This document shows positions 27,492-35,678 of a DNA stretch of 64,000 bases, piece after piece. Numbering within the stretch: position 1 is the first letter of the stretch; the number at the start of each line of letters is the position of its first letter. The translations under genes and the position numbers were made by a program. Below the pieces are notes generated by a model, which was not told the origin of the DNA, ran no database searches, and saw only the letters and a program-made list of their open reading frames with translations. Origin of the DNA: an uncultured Elusimicrobia bacterium (GTDB taxonomy: Bacteria; Elusimicrobiota; Elusimicrobia; F11); the NCBI GenBank assembly GCA_964405835.1, contig CAYOPN010000002.1:24571-88570 (forward strand). Reading direction: 5' to 3'.

Positions 27492-29060
27492 CTACAATAG
27501 GAAACGGGCAAATTTACCGACGGAATCGGCGGTCATCGGCTCAACCATGGCATCCACATCTCGGCAGGCCGCGGCCCAATCCGGACGCAGGGAAGCCCCG
27601 TCCGAACCGCGAAAAACGTTCAATATGCGCTCAAACTCCTCCGGCGCGCCGGCATGTTCCTTCCATTTGGCGATCAGATAGAGCGGATCGACAACCGGTC
27701 CGGGCTCCCCCGCCCAATAGATGGGCTTGACCCCATCCAACACCGAATAAATCGCGGCCGAAGAGCCGCGGTAAACCAGCGCCGAACACTCCACAAAATC
27801 ATCGTGAATGGCGGGGCGCGTGGACAGATGGATATTTTGAAATTCGTCTTTCTTTCGTTTGAGGAAAGGCGCCGCTTTTTCGTACGGAAGGACCGGGTGG
27901 CAGCGGAAAACAAACTCATGATCCGGCAAACGGGCCGCCAGGTCCATCGCCAAATCAAACAGCAACACCATCTCTTTTAAGATCCCTTCCGGGAGAACCA
28001 GCACCCGCTTCTTCGCAGGACGTGGAGCGGTCGGCTCCGGCGCTTGCGCGGGCCGCCGATGCGAACCGAGCACCAACAAATTTGATTGGAAGGGACGGAA
28101 ACCGGCATCCATGCGCTGACGTGTCCCCTCTCCGGTGCACAAAACGATTTCGGGCGCAGCGATATCCCCTTCCACCGATTGCGGGTTTAACAACGCCAAA
28201 CAATGCGGCAACAAAACCGTGTGTTGATATCCCGCCAACTTCACGGCAGAATCGGCTGCTTTGGCGCCTTTCCAAAAAACCTTTTCCCAAGGCTGCCCCT
28301 CGAACAACGTGACCACGCTGCGCGGCCGCCAGGTTTGAACGGCGCGTTTCGCAATCCAATAAAACATGTGGTTCTTGGTGGTGTAGGGCCGCAGCACGTC
28401 CAGCACCGCCATCGCGGCCACGCGTCGAAGGAGTCCGCTGGATTGGCGCGCCAATCGACGCAAACGCAGAGCACAACCGAATTGCTGGAGGACGCTCAAA
28501 AGCGGCGCCCACCATGGAATCAACAGGAACTCCGGAAAGCGCAGCTTATTCGGATTCCCCACGCAGGCCCCGGCAAAAAGCAGCGCGGTCCAACCGACCT
28601 TCAATTTGGCGGACAAACTGCCGTCATCGGACTTGGCGTCGCCGACCAGAAAAAGCGCCCGCACATTGTTTTCGGCGAGGAGGTCCCTCAGGGGTCCAAA
28701 ATAAAAATCCGATGCCTTGCTCAATCCTTCCCGGCCGGGCACCCATGATTTAATGAGAATGTCCGGTTTCCCGTATTTGTACCGGTCCCCTATAAAAATG
28801 ATCGAACAAAAAAGCAGCAACAACGCATCGTAGACAGCGGAGAAAAGGCCAATGGAGGTCTTCAGCAAACAAGTGAAGATACCCGGAACATTGACGGGCG
28901 CTTGTTTGGATTCCTCTTCCAGCAAACGAAGATGTTCCGGCGGCACGGAATGGCGCGGATGAACAAGGCTCGTGGCGAGCAGCACGCGGTCGCGGACCGC
29001 GCGTCTCAATTCAAGGACAGCGTCAGCGAGCGACGCGTAGAGTTGGGAGGACGTTTCCAT
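27492..29060 (-). CDS. Uncharacterised protein, possibly GT-B-like surface-carbohydrate transferase
   Basis: 522 aa with no recognisable catalytic motif. The C-terminal half (RVLVLPEGILKE...FVFRCHPV...ALVYRGSSAAIYSVLDGVKPIY) resembles the nucleotide-sugar-binding half of GT-B/capsule-type transferases. ATG at 29060 overlaps the upstream gene by 38 nt. Confidence 0.35.
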   Translation of the reverse strand: METSSQLYASLADAVLELRRAVRDRVLLATSLVHPRHSVPPEHLRLLEEESKQAPVNVPGIFTCLLKTSIGLFSAVYDALLLLFCSIIFIGDRYKYGKPDILIKSWVPGREGLSKASDFYFGPLRDLLAENNVRALFLVGDAKSDDGSLSAKLKVGWTALLFAGACVGNPNKLRFPEFLLIPWWAPLLSVLQQFGCALRLRRLARQSSGLLRRVAAMAVLDVLRPYTTKNHMFYWIAKRAVQTWRPRSVVTLFEGQPWEKVFWKGAKAADSAVKLAGYQHTVLLPHCLALLNPQSVEGDIAAPEIVLCTGEGTRQRMDAGFRPFQSNLLVLGSHRRPAQAPEPTAPRPAKKRVLVLPEGILKEMVLLFDLAMDLAARLPDHEFVFRCHPVLPYEKAAPFLKRKKDEFQNIHLSTRPAIHDDFVECSALVYRGSSAAIYSVLDGVKPIYWAGEPGPVVDPLYLIAKWKEHAGAPEEFERILNVFRGSDGASLRPDWAAACRDVDAMVEPMTADSVGKFARFLL

Positions 29061-31158
29061 TTTTTATTTCAACGATCTTATCGGCGCCCCAGGCGTCCGC
29101 GTAACGTTCCGCGGCCATGGCCAACACCTGGTCGCGCTGCTTTCCTGCTTTGAATCCTTGCAGCAACCATTGCAAATAGGCCCCTATGCGTTGGGCGGCC
29201 TTTCCGTCGCGGAACGGGTCCATAAGCGGCAAGACCGGCGACCAGTCGCCAAAACCGGCGATGCCGCCCTGTCTGGTGAAATGTTCGTGGCACGCGGGCC
29301 AAAGATCTTCCCAGCGTTTAAAGAAGACCCGCCCTTCTCCCAATTGGTGGAACGGGCTCACGTGCCAGCCTTCGATGTCCAACAGCAGCGTCGGGACGCC
29401 GGCGAGCGCGGCTTCCAAACCGGCGGTCCCCGCAAAAAGACTGTTGTGGATGGCGAGGTCGGAGGCCAAGGCGGCCGTGGCGGGCGTGTGGGCCCCCATG
29501 CGTTCACCTTCCTGCAAAACCACGCAGCGCCCGGTGGCCTCGGCTTCTTTGAGCAAATTGGCGTAAGGGCCGAGACGCGTCCGGACGGTCCGTGGAATTT
29601 TCGGTTTAAAAATCACGCCAAGCCAAGGCTCCCGCAACACCTTTTCGCACAAGAGACGGTATCCAAGCGCTTGCAGGTCGTGCCCGGTGTTCCAACGGTC
29701 GTCCGCCATCGAATTTTCGTCGAAGAACGTGATGATTTTGCGCGCGCCATTTTTCAACAGCGATTCGCGCAGCGCCTGCGCCTGTTTTTTTACGAGCGAA
29801 TACCGGTAGTCGCCGATGTAACCGGACGCCACGCAGTACGAAATCTTGGACAGCGATTGGCGCTCAATGTCGAAGGAATAAGGCGAAAACACAAAATCCA
29901 CGTCGGCCGTGACCGCCAAATCCGGCGCGCCGAGCGCGTCGAAGGAACGTTGGAAAAGCGCGGTCACGCCGCCGTTTTCCTCCATGGCCTCCGCAATCGC
30001 GCAGTGGTCGGCCGTGTAACGGTACCACGTGAAATACACTTTCAAATTTTCTGACCGGAACACGTCCAACCAATTGGATTTCAACGCGCTGAAACGCGCC
30101 AACGCGTCGTTGATTTGCCGGGCCTCTGAACTTTTCGACACGACCGTTATGGCGGGGTTGTATTTCCGTTTCCGTCCGACATTGTAGATGGGCGCCGAAA
30201 AAACCCGCGTCGCTTCGGGCCGGAGCACCACGGGAGAAATCCCATGCGGCGCCATCTCCGCCTGTTTCAATTGATCGTACGGCATGAACGGGCCGCCGAA
30301 GAGAAGCGCCACATCGGCCCCCGGAAACTGGGCCTGTTGCCAAAAGAAAAGATCGGAAAACGCCCCAGGTTTGTTGATGTTGAGCTGGCCGTAATAATCC
30401 ACGCCGATCCGCGGGTCCGCCGGCGCAGCCGGACGCGGGCGTTTAACAAGCCATTTCAATAGAGACCGCCGGTAACCGGCATTTTTTAAATCCGCTTTGC
30501 GATGACGGTAAATGTTCCCCCACTCGATGGCCCATTGGGGCAATAGCGCTTTGATTTTTTTCTGCAGGGCCTCGAACAGGCGGAACGCGGGCGGAACGAA
30601 CACCAGGTCCATTTTCATTTGACCGGCGTAACTCTTTAAGACCTCGCGCCACGGCGTAATTTCGAGGAAAAGCGTTATCGCCGAAGCGGACGGCAACTCC
30701 AATTGGCGGCGTTTCCAATCCGCCACCTGGATCAAATACACAACGCGCCCCATGGTCCCGCGAAACGGGATCATCACATCGCACAGCGACTTGTACACAA
30801 ACGTTTCCACGCGCCCTTTGAGCGCGCCCACTTTTTCAAACTGACGGTAGAGCGGATCGCGCCGGACCGCTTCGTAAATGTGGGCGAGTTCCATGAAGGC
30901 CACGCGCAGTTGCACGAGAAGACCAGCGGCGTCTTTCACGTCGATCATGCGAAAGCGGAACATTTCGACGCGGAAACCAAAAAAGAACGCAGTCGCGCGG
31001 GCAGCCCACCAACCGGGCAACGAACGGTCAATTAGAAAACAGGTAAGTGAGCTGAAGGGTTTCTTTTGGGTGCGATCGCGCCAAAGCCGGGGAAGGATGT
31101 GAAACAGCCAGACGCGCGCCGTGCAATGTTCGACGATGGTGAGAAAAGGCGGGTTCAA
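29023..31158 (-). CDS. Uncharacterised large protein, possibly GT-B-like surface-carbohydrate transferase
   Basis: About 711 aa from the TTG at 31158 (TTGA overlap with the aminotransferase stop). The C-terminal region LASDLAIHNSLFAGTAGLEAALAGVPTLLLD is GT-B-like. Otherwise there is no family I can name. Confidence 0.35.
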   Translation of the reverse strand: MNPPFLTIVEHCTARVWLFHILPRLWRDRTQKKPFSSLTCFLIDRSLPGWWAARATAFFFGFRVEMFRFRMIDVKDAAGLLVQLRVAFMELAHIYEAVRRDPLYRQFEKVGALKGRVETFVYKSLCDVMIPFRGTMGRVVYLIQVADWKRRQLELPSASAITLFLEITPWREVLKSYAGQMKMDLVFVPPAFRLFEALQKKIKALLPQWAIEWGNIYRHRKADLKNAGYRRSLLKWLVKRPRPAAPADPRIGVDYYGQLNINKPGAFSDLFFWQQAQFPGADVALLFGGPFMPYDQLKQAEMAPHGISPVVLRPEATRVFSAPIYNVGRKRKYNPAITVVSKSSEARQINDALARFSALKSNWLDVFRSENLKVYFTWYRYTADHCAIAEAMEENGGVTALFQRSFDALGAPDLAVTADVDFVFSPYSFDIERQSLSKISYCVASGYIGDYRYSLVKKQAQALRESLLKNGARKIITFFDENSMADDRWNTGHDLQALGYRLLCEKVLREPWLGVIFKPKIPRTVRTRLGPYANLLKEAEATGRCVVLQEGERMGAHTPATAALASDLAIHNSLFAGTAGLEAALAGVPTLLLDIEGWHVSPFHQLGEGRVFFKRWEDLWPACHEHFTRQGGIAGFGDWSPVLPLMDPFRDGKAAQRIGAYLQWLLQGFKAGKQRDQVLAMAAERYADAWGADKIVEIKNGNVLPTLRVAR

Positions 31159-32318
31159 AATTTTTTCAGGCCGTCTTTGACCGCTTGCACGCAAGTGTCC
31201 AGTTCCCCTGCGGTCAGCCCAACGCTGGAGGGAAGGCTGATGCCGCGCGCATACAGGTCTTCCGAGACTTCAAGCGGACCCGCGTCGCAATCGCGAAACG
31301 GCGGCAACCCCTGCAGCGGATGCCAGAAAGGACGGGCCTGGATGTTGCTCTCACGAAGCGACGCCAAGAACGCCTTGCGTTTCTCCAAGGTCGTGCGCTC
31401 CGGCAACAGGAACGTGTACAGCCAAAACGTGGCGTCGGTGCCGGCGGGTGTGGGCATCAGCGTGATGCCCGGAAAATCCTTGAGCGCGGCCGCGTAGGTC
31501 TGCGCGTTTTTCTTTTTAATGCGGACGAACTCGCCCAACGATTCCATTTGGGCCAAGCCGAGCGCCGCTTGCAAACTGGTCAACCGGTAATTGAACCCCA
31601 CTTCCTTGTGATAACTCTCGGTCTCATCGTCCTTGGATTGCGTCGACCAATACCGGATGCGGTCCGCGCGCGCCTTATCGGCGGTCACCACCGCGCCGCC
31701 GCCGCCCGTCGTCACAATTTTATTGCCGTTAAAACTGAAAACACCGGCGTCGCCGAAGATCCCGGCCGCTTTCCCTTGATATTTCACGCCCATGGCTTCG
31801 GCCGCGTCTTCCACCACGGCGAGGTTGTGCCGCCGCGCCACCGGAACAATTTTGTCCATCGCGCAGGCAAGCCCGAGAATGTGGACCGGCATTACCGCGC
31901 GCACCGTGCGGCCGGATTTCTTGTGGATGCAGCGTCCGTCTTTCTGTTGCGTGTTCGCTTCCAGGTATTTTTCGAATTTCACGGGGTCCATCTGCCAAGC
32001 GGAGGGTTCGGCGTCGATGAAGATCGGGTCCGCGCCGCAGTGCCGGATGGCGTTCGCGGAAGCGACAAAGGTCAGATTGGAGACAACGACAAGATCGCCC
32101 GGCCCGACCCCGACAGAACGCAACGCCAAATGCAGCGCCGCGGTACCGCTGGCCAGCGCGACCGCATGCGGAACACCGGCGGTCTTCGCGATAATATTTT
32201 CAAACTCGGTAACGAACGGGCCGGCGGACGAAACCCAGCCGGAATCCAAACATTTCTTCAGGTAAGTCCAGGACGATTCGGTGAGCGTGGGGACGGAAAG
32301 CGGGATGTTAGACGGCAT
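31155..32318 (-). CDS. DegT/DnrJ/EryC1/StrS-family PLP-dependent sugar aminotransferase (LegC-like by context)
   Basis: Start at the internal ATG 32318 (MPSNIPLSVP). GWVSSAGPFVTEFE, ALASGTAALHLAL, FSFNGNKIVTTGGGG (PLP lysine region). Sits next to the LegB-like dehydratase. Confidence 0.8.
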   Translation of the reverse strand: MPSNIPLSVPTLTESSWTYLKKCLDSGWVSSAGPFVTEFENIIAKTAGVPHAVALASGTAALHLALRSVGVGPGDLVVVSNLTFVASANAIRHCGADPIFIDAEPSAWQMDPVKFEKYLEANTQQKDGRCIHKKSGRTVRAVMPVHILGLACAMDKIVPVARRHNLAVVEDAAEAMGVKYQGKAAGIFGDAGVFSFNGNKIVTTGGGGAVVTADKARADRIRYWSTQSKDDETESYHKEVGFNYRLTSLQAALGLAQMESLGEFVRIKKKNAQTYAAALKDFPGITLMPTPAGTDATFWLYTFLLPERTTLEKRKAFLASLRESNIQARPFWHPLQGLPPFRDCDAGPLEVSEDLYARGISLPSSVGLTAGELDTCVQAVKDGLKKF

Positions 32319-33291
32319 ACCTATCGACACGGTAAATGTCTTTGTGGCGGCGGACCCACTCGATGGTTTTGGACAATCCTTCTTCAAGACCCACGCGCGG
32401 CGCCCACTTCAAAATCTTCTTGGCTTTTTTGACGTCGGCCAGCAACCGTTCCACTTCGCTTTTTGCGGGGCGCAAACGCTGCTTATCGGCCTCAAATTGA
32501 ACGGGGCGTCCCATAAGTTTGCCGATCAGTTTGGCCAAGTCTCCGATCCGGATTTCGCGACCGGTGCCGAGATTGATGACCTCGCCGACTGCCTTTGGTG
32601 CTTCAGCTGCGCGGATGAATCCTTCCACGGTATTGGAAACAAAATTCAGGTCGCGGGTCGGATGCAGATTGCCAAGCTTTAATTTTTGACCGGACAAACA
32701 TTGCGCGATGATGGTTGGGATCACGGCGCGCGCCGATTGACGCGGACCGAATGTATTGAACGGCCGCACCGTCACGACCGGCAGGTTAAACGACAGAAAA
32801 AACGATTCGGCGATTTTATCCCCAGCGATTTTTGTGGCGGAATAGGGTGATTGCGCTTGCAGCGGATGTTCTTCGGTAATCGGCACGAAGCGAGCGGTGC
32901 CGTACGCTTCGCTCGTGGAAGTATGAATGACCTTTTCGATGTCCCAGCGCCGGGCCGATTGCAGCACGTTTAAGGTCCCCTGAACATTGGTCTTCACATA
33001 CGAATCGGGCGCTATGTAGGAGTAGGGGATCCCGATCAACGCCGCCAAATGAAAAACAATATCAGCGTTCTTAACAGCCTGGTCGACAAAACTCTGGTCT
33101 TGAACGTCCCCCGAAATAACGTGAATGTCTTTTTTCCGGGCCGACGAATCCATCCACCCCCACGACCCATCCCCGCGGTAATGAACGAACGCCGTGGTTT
33201 TGGCGCCGAGCTCCACCAATTTTTCGGTGAGGTGGCTTCCAATAAATCCGCCCGCCCCCGTCACCAACACTTTTTTACCAGCCCATTTCAT
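32308..33291 (-). CDS. Extended-SDR NDP-sugar 4,6-dehydratase (LegB-like by context)
   Basis: KVLVTGAGGFIGSHL, STSEAYG, YSATK, and the C-terminal [19 protein letters not shown]. The substrate (GDP- versus UDP-GlcNAc) cannot be read from sequence. Confidence 0.75.
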   Translation of the reverse strand: MKWAGKKVLVTGAGGFIGSHLTEKLVELGAKTTAFVHYRGDGSWGWMDSSARKKDIHVISGDVQDQSFVDQAVKNADIVFHLAALIGIPYSYIAPDSYVKTNVQGTLNVLQSARRWDIEKVIHTSTSEAYGTARFVPITEEHPLQAQSPYSATKIAGDKIAESFFLSFNLPVVTVRPFNTFGPRQSARAVIPTIIAQCLSGQKLKLGNLHPTRDLNFVSNTVEGFIRAAEAPKAVGEVINLGTGREIRIGDLAKLIGKLMGRPVQFEADKQRLRPAKSEVERLLADVKKAKKILKWAPRVGLEEGLSKTIEWVRRHKDIYRVDRYAV

Positions 33292-33335
33292 GGGCGTGTC
33301 TCTATCAAAAATTGGCTACGGCGGCTATCAGCTAA

Positions 33336-33362
33336 CTTGAGGTCACAAACTGTGACCTCAAG
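33336..33362. repeat. Perfect hairpin/palindrome P1: CTTGAGGTCACA-aac-TGTGACCTCAAG
   Basis: 12-nt arms with a 3-nt loop, ending 3 nt before the ORF6N stop codon (33366-33368), with the T5 run that follows on the plus strand extending into that stop codon. Its 11-nt arm core is identical to palindrome P2 inside the ORF6N gene. Confidence 0.9.
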
Positions 33363-33365
33363 TTT

Positions 33366-33905
33366 TTAGTCTGGTCGAACAAATCCACGGACATCCACCT
33401 GTTTTTCTGGTTTATCCAGTATTTTTTGGATCGTCGCAAAAACTTCGGTGAACCTACCGTCGTATTTCTCTTCCAGCTTTCTAATTTTCTCCTGCAAGTC
33501 CCGATGCGAGGTCAAATACTCACGCAACTTGGTAAATGCGCGCATTATCTGAATATTTACCTCGATCGCCGTTTTGCTTCGCAGGACCGATGAAAGCATG
33601 GCAATGCCATTTTCGGTAAAGGCATAAGGGGCATAGCGGCGTCCCCCTCTCCCTTCGTTTGAGGTCACAATTTGTGACCTCAAAGAAACTTGTTCATCCT
33701 CAGTTAGTTGGAACATAAAATCAGCTGGAAATCGCTCCTGGTTTCTATTTACGGATTGGATGAGAACCTTAACTTTGACGCCATACAGCTGAGCCAAATG
33801 GCTATCCAGCATAATTCTATTGCCTCGAAACAGGAATATTTTATCTTCTATGGCGCGAATTTGAAGTTGAGTATTGTTCACGTGTGTCTCCTTTTTTGAA
33901 GGCAT
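33366..33905 (-). CDS. ORF6N-domain (KilA-N-like DNA-binding) protein
   Basis: IRAIEDKIFLFRGNRIMLDSHLAQLYGV...FPADFMFQLTEDE...LRSQIVTS...GGRRYAPYAFTENGIAMLSSVLRS is the conserved ORF6N pattern. The gene is flanked by the two largest minus-strand intergenic gaps apart from 49858-49984. GC is visibly lower than its neighbours. Confidence 0.8.
   Translation of the reverse strand: MPSKKETHVNNTQLQIRAIEDKIFLFRGNRIMLDSHLAQLYGVKVKVLIQSVNRNQERFPADFMFQLTEDEQVSLRSQIVTSNEGRGGRRYAPYAFTENGIAMLSSVLRSKTAIEVNIQIMRAFTKLREYLTSHRDLQEKIRKLEEKYDGRFTEVFATIQKILDKPEKQVDVRGFVRPD
33658..33684. repeat. Perfect palindrome P2 inside the ORF6N coding sequence: TTTGAGGTCACA-att-TGTGACCTCAAA
   Basis: 12-nt arms with a 3-nt loop. 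It encodes the conserved LRSQIVTS peptide on the minus strand. Core TTGAGGTCACA/TGTGACCTCAA is identical to P1. Confidence 0.9.
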
Positions 33906-33942
33906 TCCGTGAAGGGGTGCGGATTTTACGTCGGAGGGGTTC

Positions 33943-35016
33943 TTAAGGTTTGCTGGCCCAGCTTTCTACTAAACGTTGGGCCTCTTCGTAGTTTTGGTGG
34001 TGGCCGATGTCGATCCACTCTTCCATGATGGGGAAGCTGACCACGGTCTTTTTCTGGGCGATGAAGCGTTTGATGAGGTCTGGCATGTCGCAGTGCTCGC
34101 CTTTCTTTTGGATGGGGCCCAGCGCGGATGGTTCGATCAAGTAAATTCCGGCATTCACGAACAGGTTGTAGACAGGTTTCTCGATCACATCGGTGATGAC
34201 TTCCTCGTTGCAATTAATCACGCCGTAAGGAACTTTCACGTCGTATTTACGGACCGCCACCGTGCAGTCGGCGTTGTGTTCTTTGTGAAAAGCGATCATG
34301 GAACGGAAATCCATATCGGTCAAAATATCGCCGTTCATGACGAGCAGCGTATCGTCGGTTTTCTCCAGCAACCCCAGCGCGCCCGCCGTTCCCAGCGGCT
34401 CTTCTTCATCCAAATAGGAGACCTGGATGTCGAATTTCTTTCCGTCTTGGAAATGGTTCACGATTTCTTCGCTCTTGTGATGGGTGGTGATCTTCACTTT
34501 GCGGATTCCGGATTTTCGCAGGTTGCGAATGATGATTTCCATGAGCGGCTGGTCGCCAACGGGCAACATGGGTTTGGGGGTGTTCATCGTCAAAGGCATC
34601 AAACGTTTTCCCTGGCCGCCCGCCATCAGCACGGCCTGAACGGAGAGATCGCGGCCGGGCATTAAATCGTCCAGACACAACAAGTCAAGGACCCGGCCTG
34701 CTTCATCGACGATCGGAAGATGGAGAACGTTGTACTTGTTGAGTATTTTCAAGTAGGCCTCGGGCGGTTGCCCCGGGAGGGCCGTGATGGGTTTCGCGAA
34801 CCGGGTCCCCTGCTTTTTGGTGAGCAAGGTTGAAATGGGAAGCGCGAAATTCATGTGGTCAAGAACGGCCCGGCGCATGTCGCCGTCGGTCACGGTTCCC
34901 AATAAAATCCGTTGGGCGTCGGCCACCAAAACAATTCCCCACTGCGTGCGGTCGAGAACTTGAAACGCATCGCTGATGGGTTTGTCCGGAGCAATTAATA
35001 TGGGGTCCAAATTCAC
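33943..35016 (-). CDS. CBS-pair + sugar-phosphate nucleotidyltransferase (PtmE-like)
   Basis: N-terminal CBS pair (GIVLVADAQRILLGTVTDGDMRR...LPIVDEAGRVLD), then AVLMAGGQGKRLMPLTMNTPKPMLPVG...LGTAGALGLL (NTP_transferase). Same architecture as the GlcN-1-P guanylyltransferase of the Campylobacter legionaminic acid route. GTG start in a GTGA overlap at 35013. Confidence 0.8.
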   Translation of the reverse strand: MNLDPILIAPDKPISDAFQVLDRTQWGIVLVADAQRILLGTVTDGDMRRAVLDHMNFALPISTLLTKKQGTRFAKPITALPGQPPEAYLKILNKYNVLHLPIVDEAGRVLDLLCLDDLMPGRDLSVQAVLMAGGQGKRLMPLTMNTPKPMLPVGDQPLMEIIIRNLRKSGIRKVKITTHHKSEEIVNHFQDGKKFDIQVSYLDEEEPLGTAGALGLLEKTDDTLLVMNGDILTDMDFRSMIAFHKEHNADCTVAVRKYDVKVPYGVINCNEEVITDVIEKPVYNLFVNAGIYLIEPSALGPIQKKGEHCDMPDLIKRFIAQKKTVVSFPIMEEWIDIGHHQNYEEAQRLVESWASKP

Positions 35017-35678
35017 TTAATGACCACCTCGCGGGTCGCAAAAATTTGATTCTTAAAGTTTTCGTAAAGCTTCAGCCCAGCAGGTCCGCTGCGTTCCGGA
35101 TGGAATTGGCACGCGAAGACTTTCCCCACCTGCACGCTCGAACAAAATGTCACGGGCCCGTAAGTCGTTTGCGAAAGCGCGGCCGAGGGTGCGGTGGGAC
35201 GCACATGGTACGAATGAACAAAATAAAAAGACGTCCCTTCGGGCGTGCCTTCCAATCCTGTCCCCTCCCACGTCCGTCCGGCAGGACGAGAAATGCTGTT
35301 CCATCCCACCTGCGGCACTTTGTGGGCGCCGGGCTCGATCTTTACCACATCGCCCTCGATAAGCCCAAGTCCTTTGTGGCGGCCAAATTCATGGCTCTCC
35401 GTCATGAGCAACTGAAGGCCCAAACATATCCCCATAAACGGCTTCCCGCTGACGGCCGCGTCCTTTAACACCTGCACCAGATCAAGCCGTCGCAACGTCT
35501 CCATCGCATTGCCAAATGCGCCAACCCCCGGGAGGATGACGGCATCCGCGTTTTCAATATCGGTCTTTGCATTCGATAGAGTTCCCATCAACCCCACGTG
35601 TTCGCAGGCGCGTAAGATACTGAACACGTTGCCGAGCCCATAATCGACGATGACCACATTGCCTTGTTTCTGCTGCAT
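35013..35678 (-). CDS. hisH: Imidazole-glycerol-phosphate-synthase-like glutamine amidotransferase subunit (HisH paralogue, WbuY-like)
   Basis: VVIVDYGLGNVFSI, PGVGAFG, GICLGLQLL (catalytic Cys), FYFVHSY, QFHPERS. No other his genes nearby, and it is adjacent to the HisF paralogue. Confidence 0.85.
   Translation of the reverse strand: MQQKQGNVVIVDYGLGNVFSILRACEHVGLMGTLSNAKTDIENADAVILPGVGAFGNAMETLRRLDLVQVLKDAAVSGKPFMGICLGLQLLMTESHEFGRHKGLGLIEGDVVKIEPGAHKVPQVGWNSISRPAGRTWEGTGLEGTPEGTSFYFVHSYHVRPTAPSAALSQTTYGPVTFCSSVQVGKVFACQFHPERSGPAGLKLYENFKNQIFATREVVIK

Noticed and set aside
31185-32432. 415-aa plus-strand ORF antisense to the DegT aminotransferase
   Set aside because: Same reasoning: an Arg/Gly-rich shadow ORF opposite a well-supported gene. 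The similar long antisense ORFs at 26235-27338, 29158-30054, 51070-52215, 36588-opposite frames and 54369-55079 were rejected for the same reason.
33336-33367. Palindrome P1 as a simple rho-independent terminator for the ORF6N gene
   Set aside because: On the minus-strand transcript the hairpin is followed by UUAGCUG, not a U-tract. The T5 run follows the hairpin only on the plus strand, where there is no gene to terminate. The identical palindrome inside the coding sequence argues for another role, so I kept it as a finding instead.
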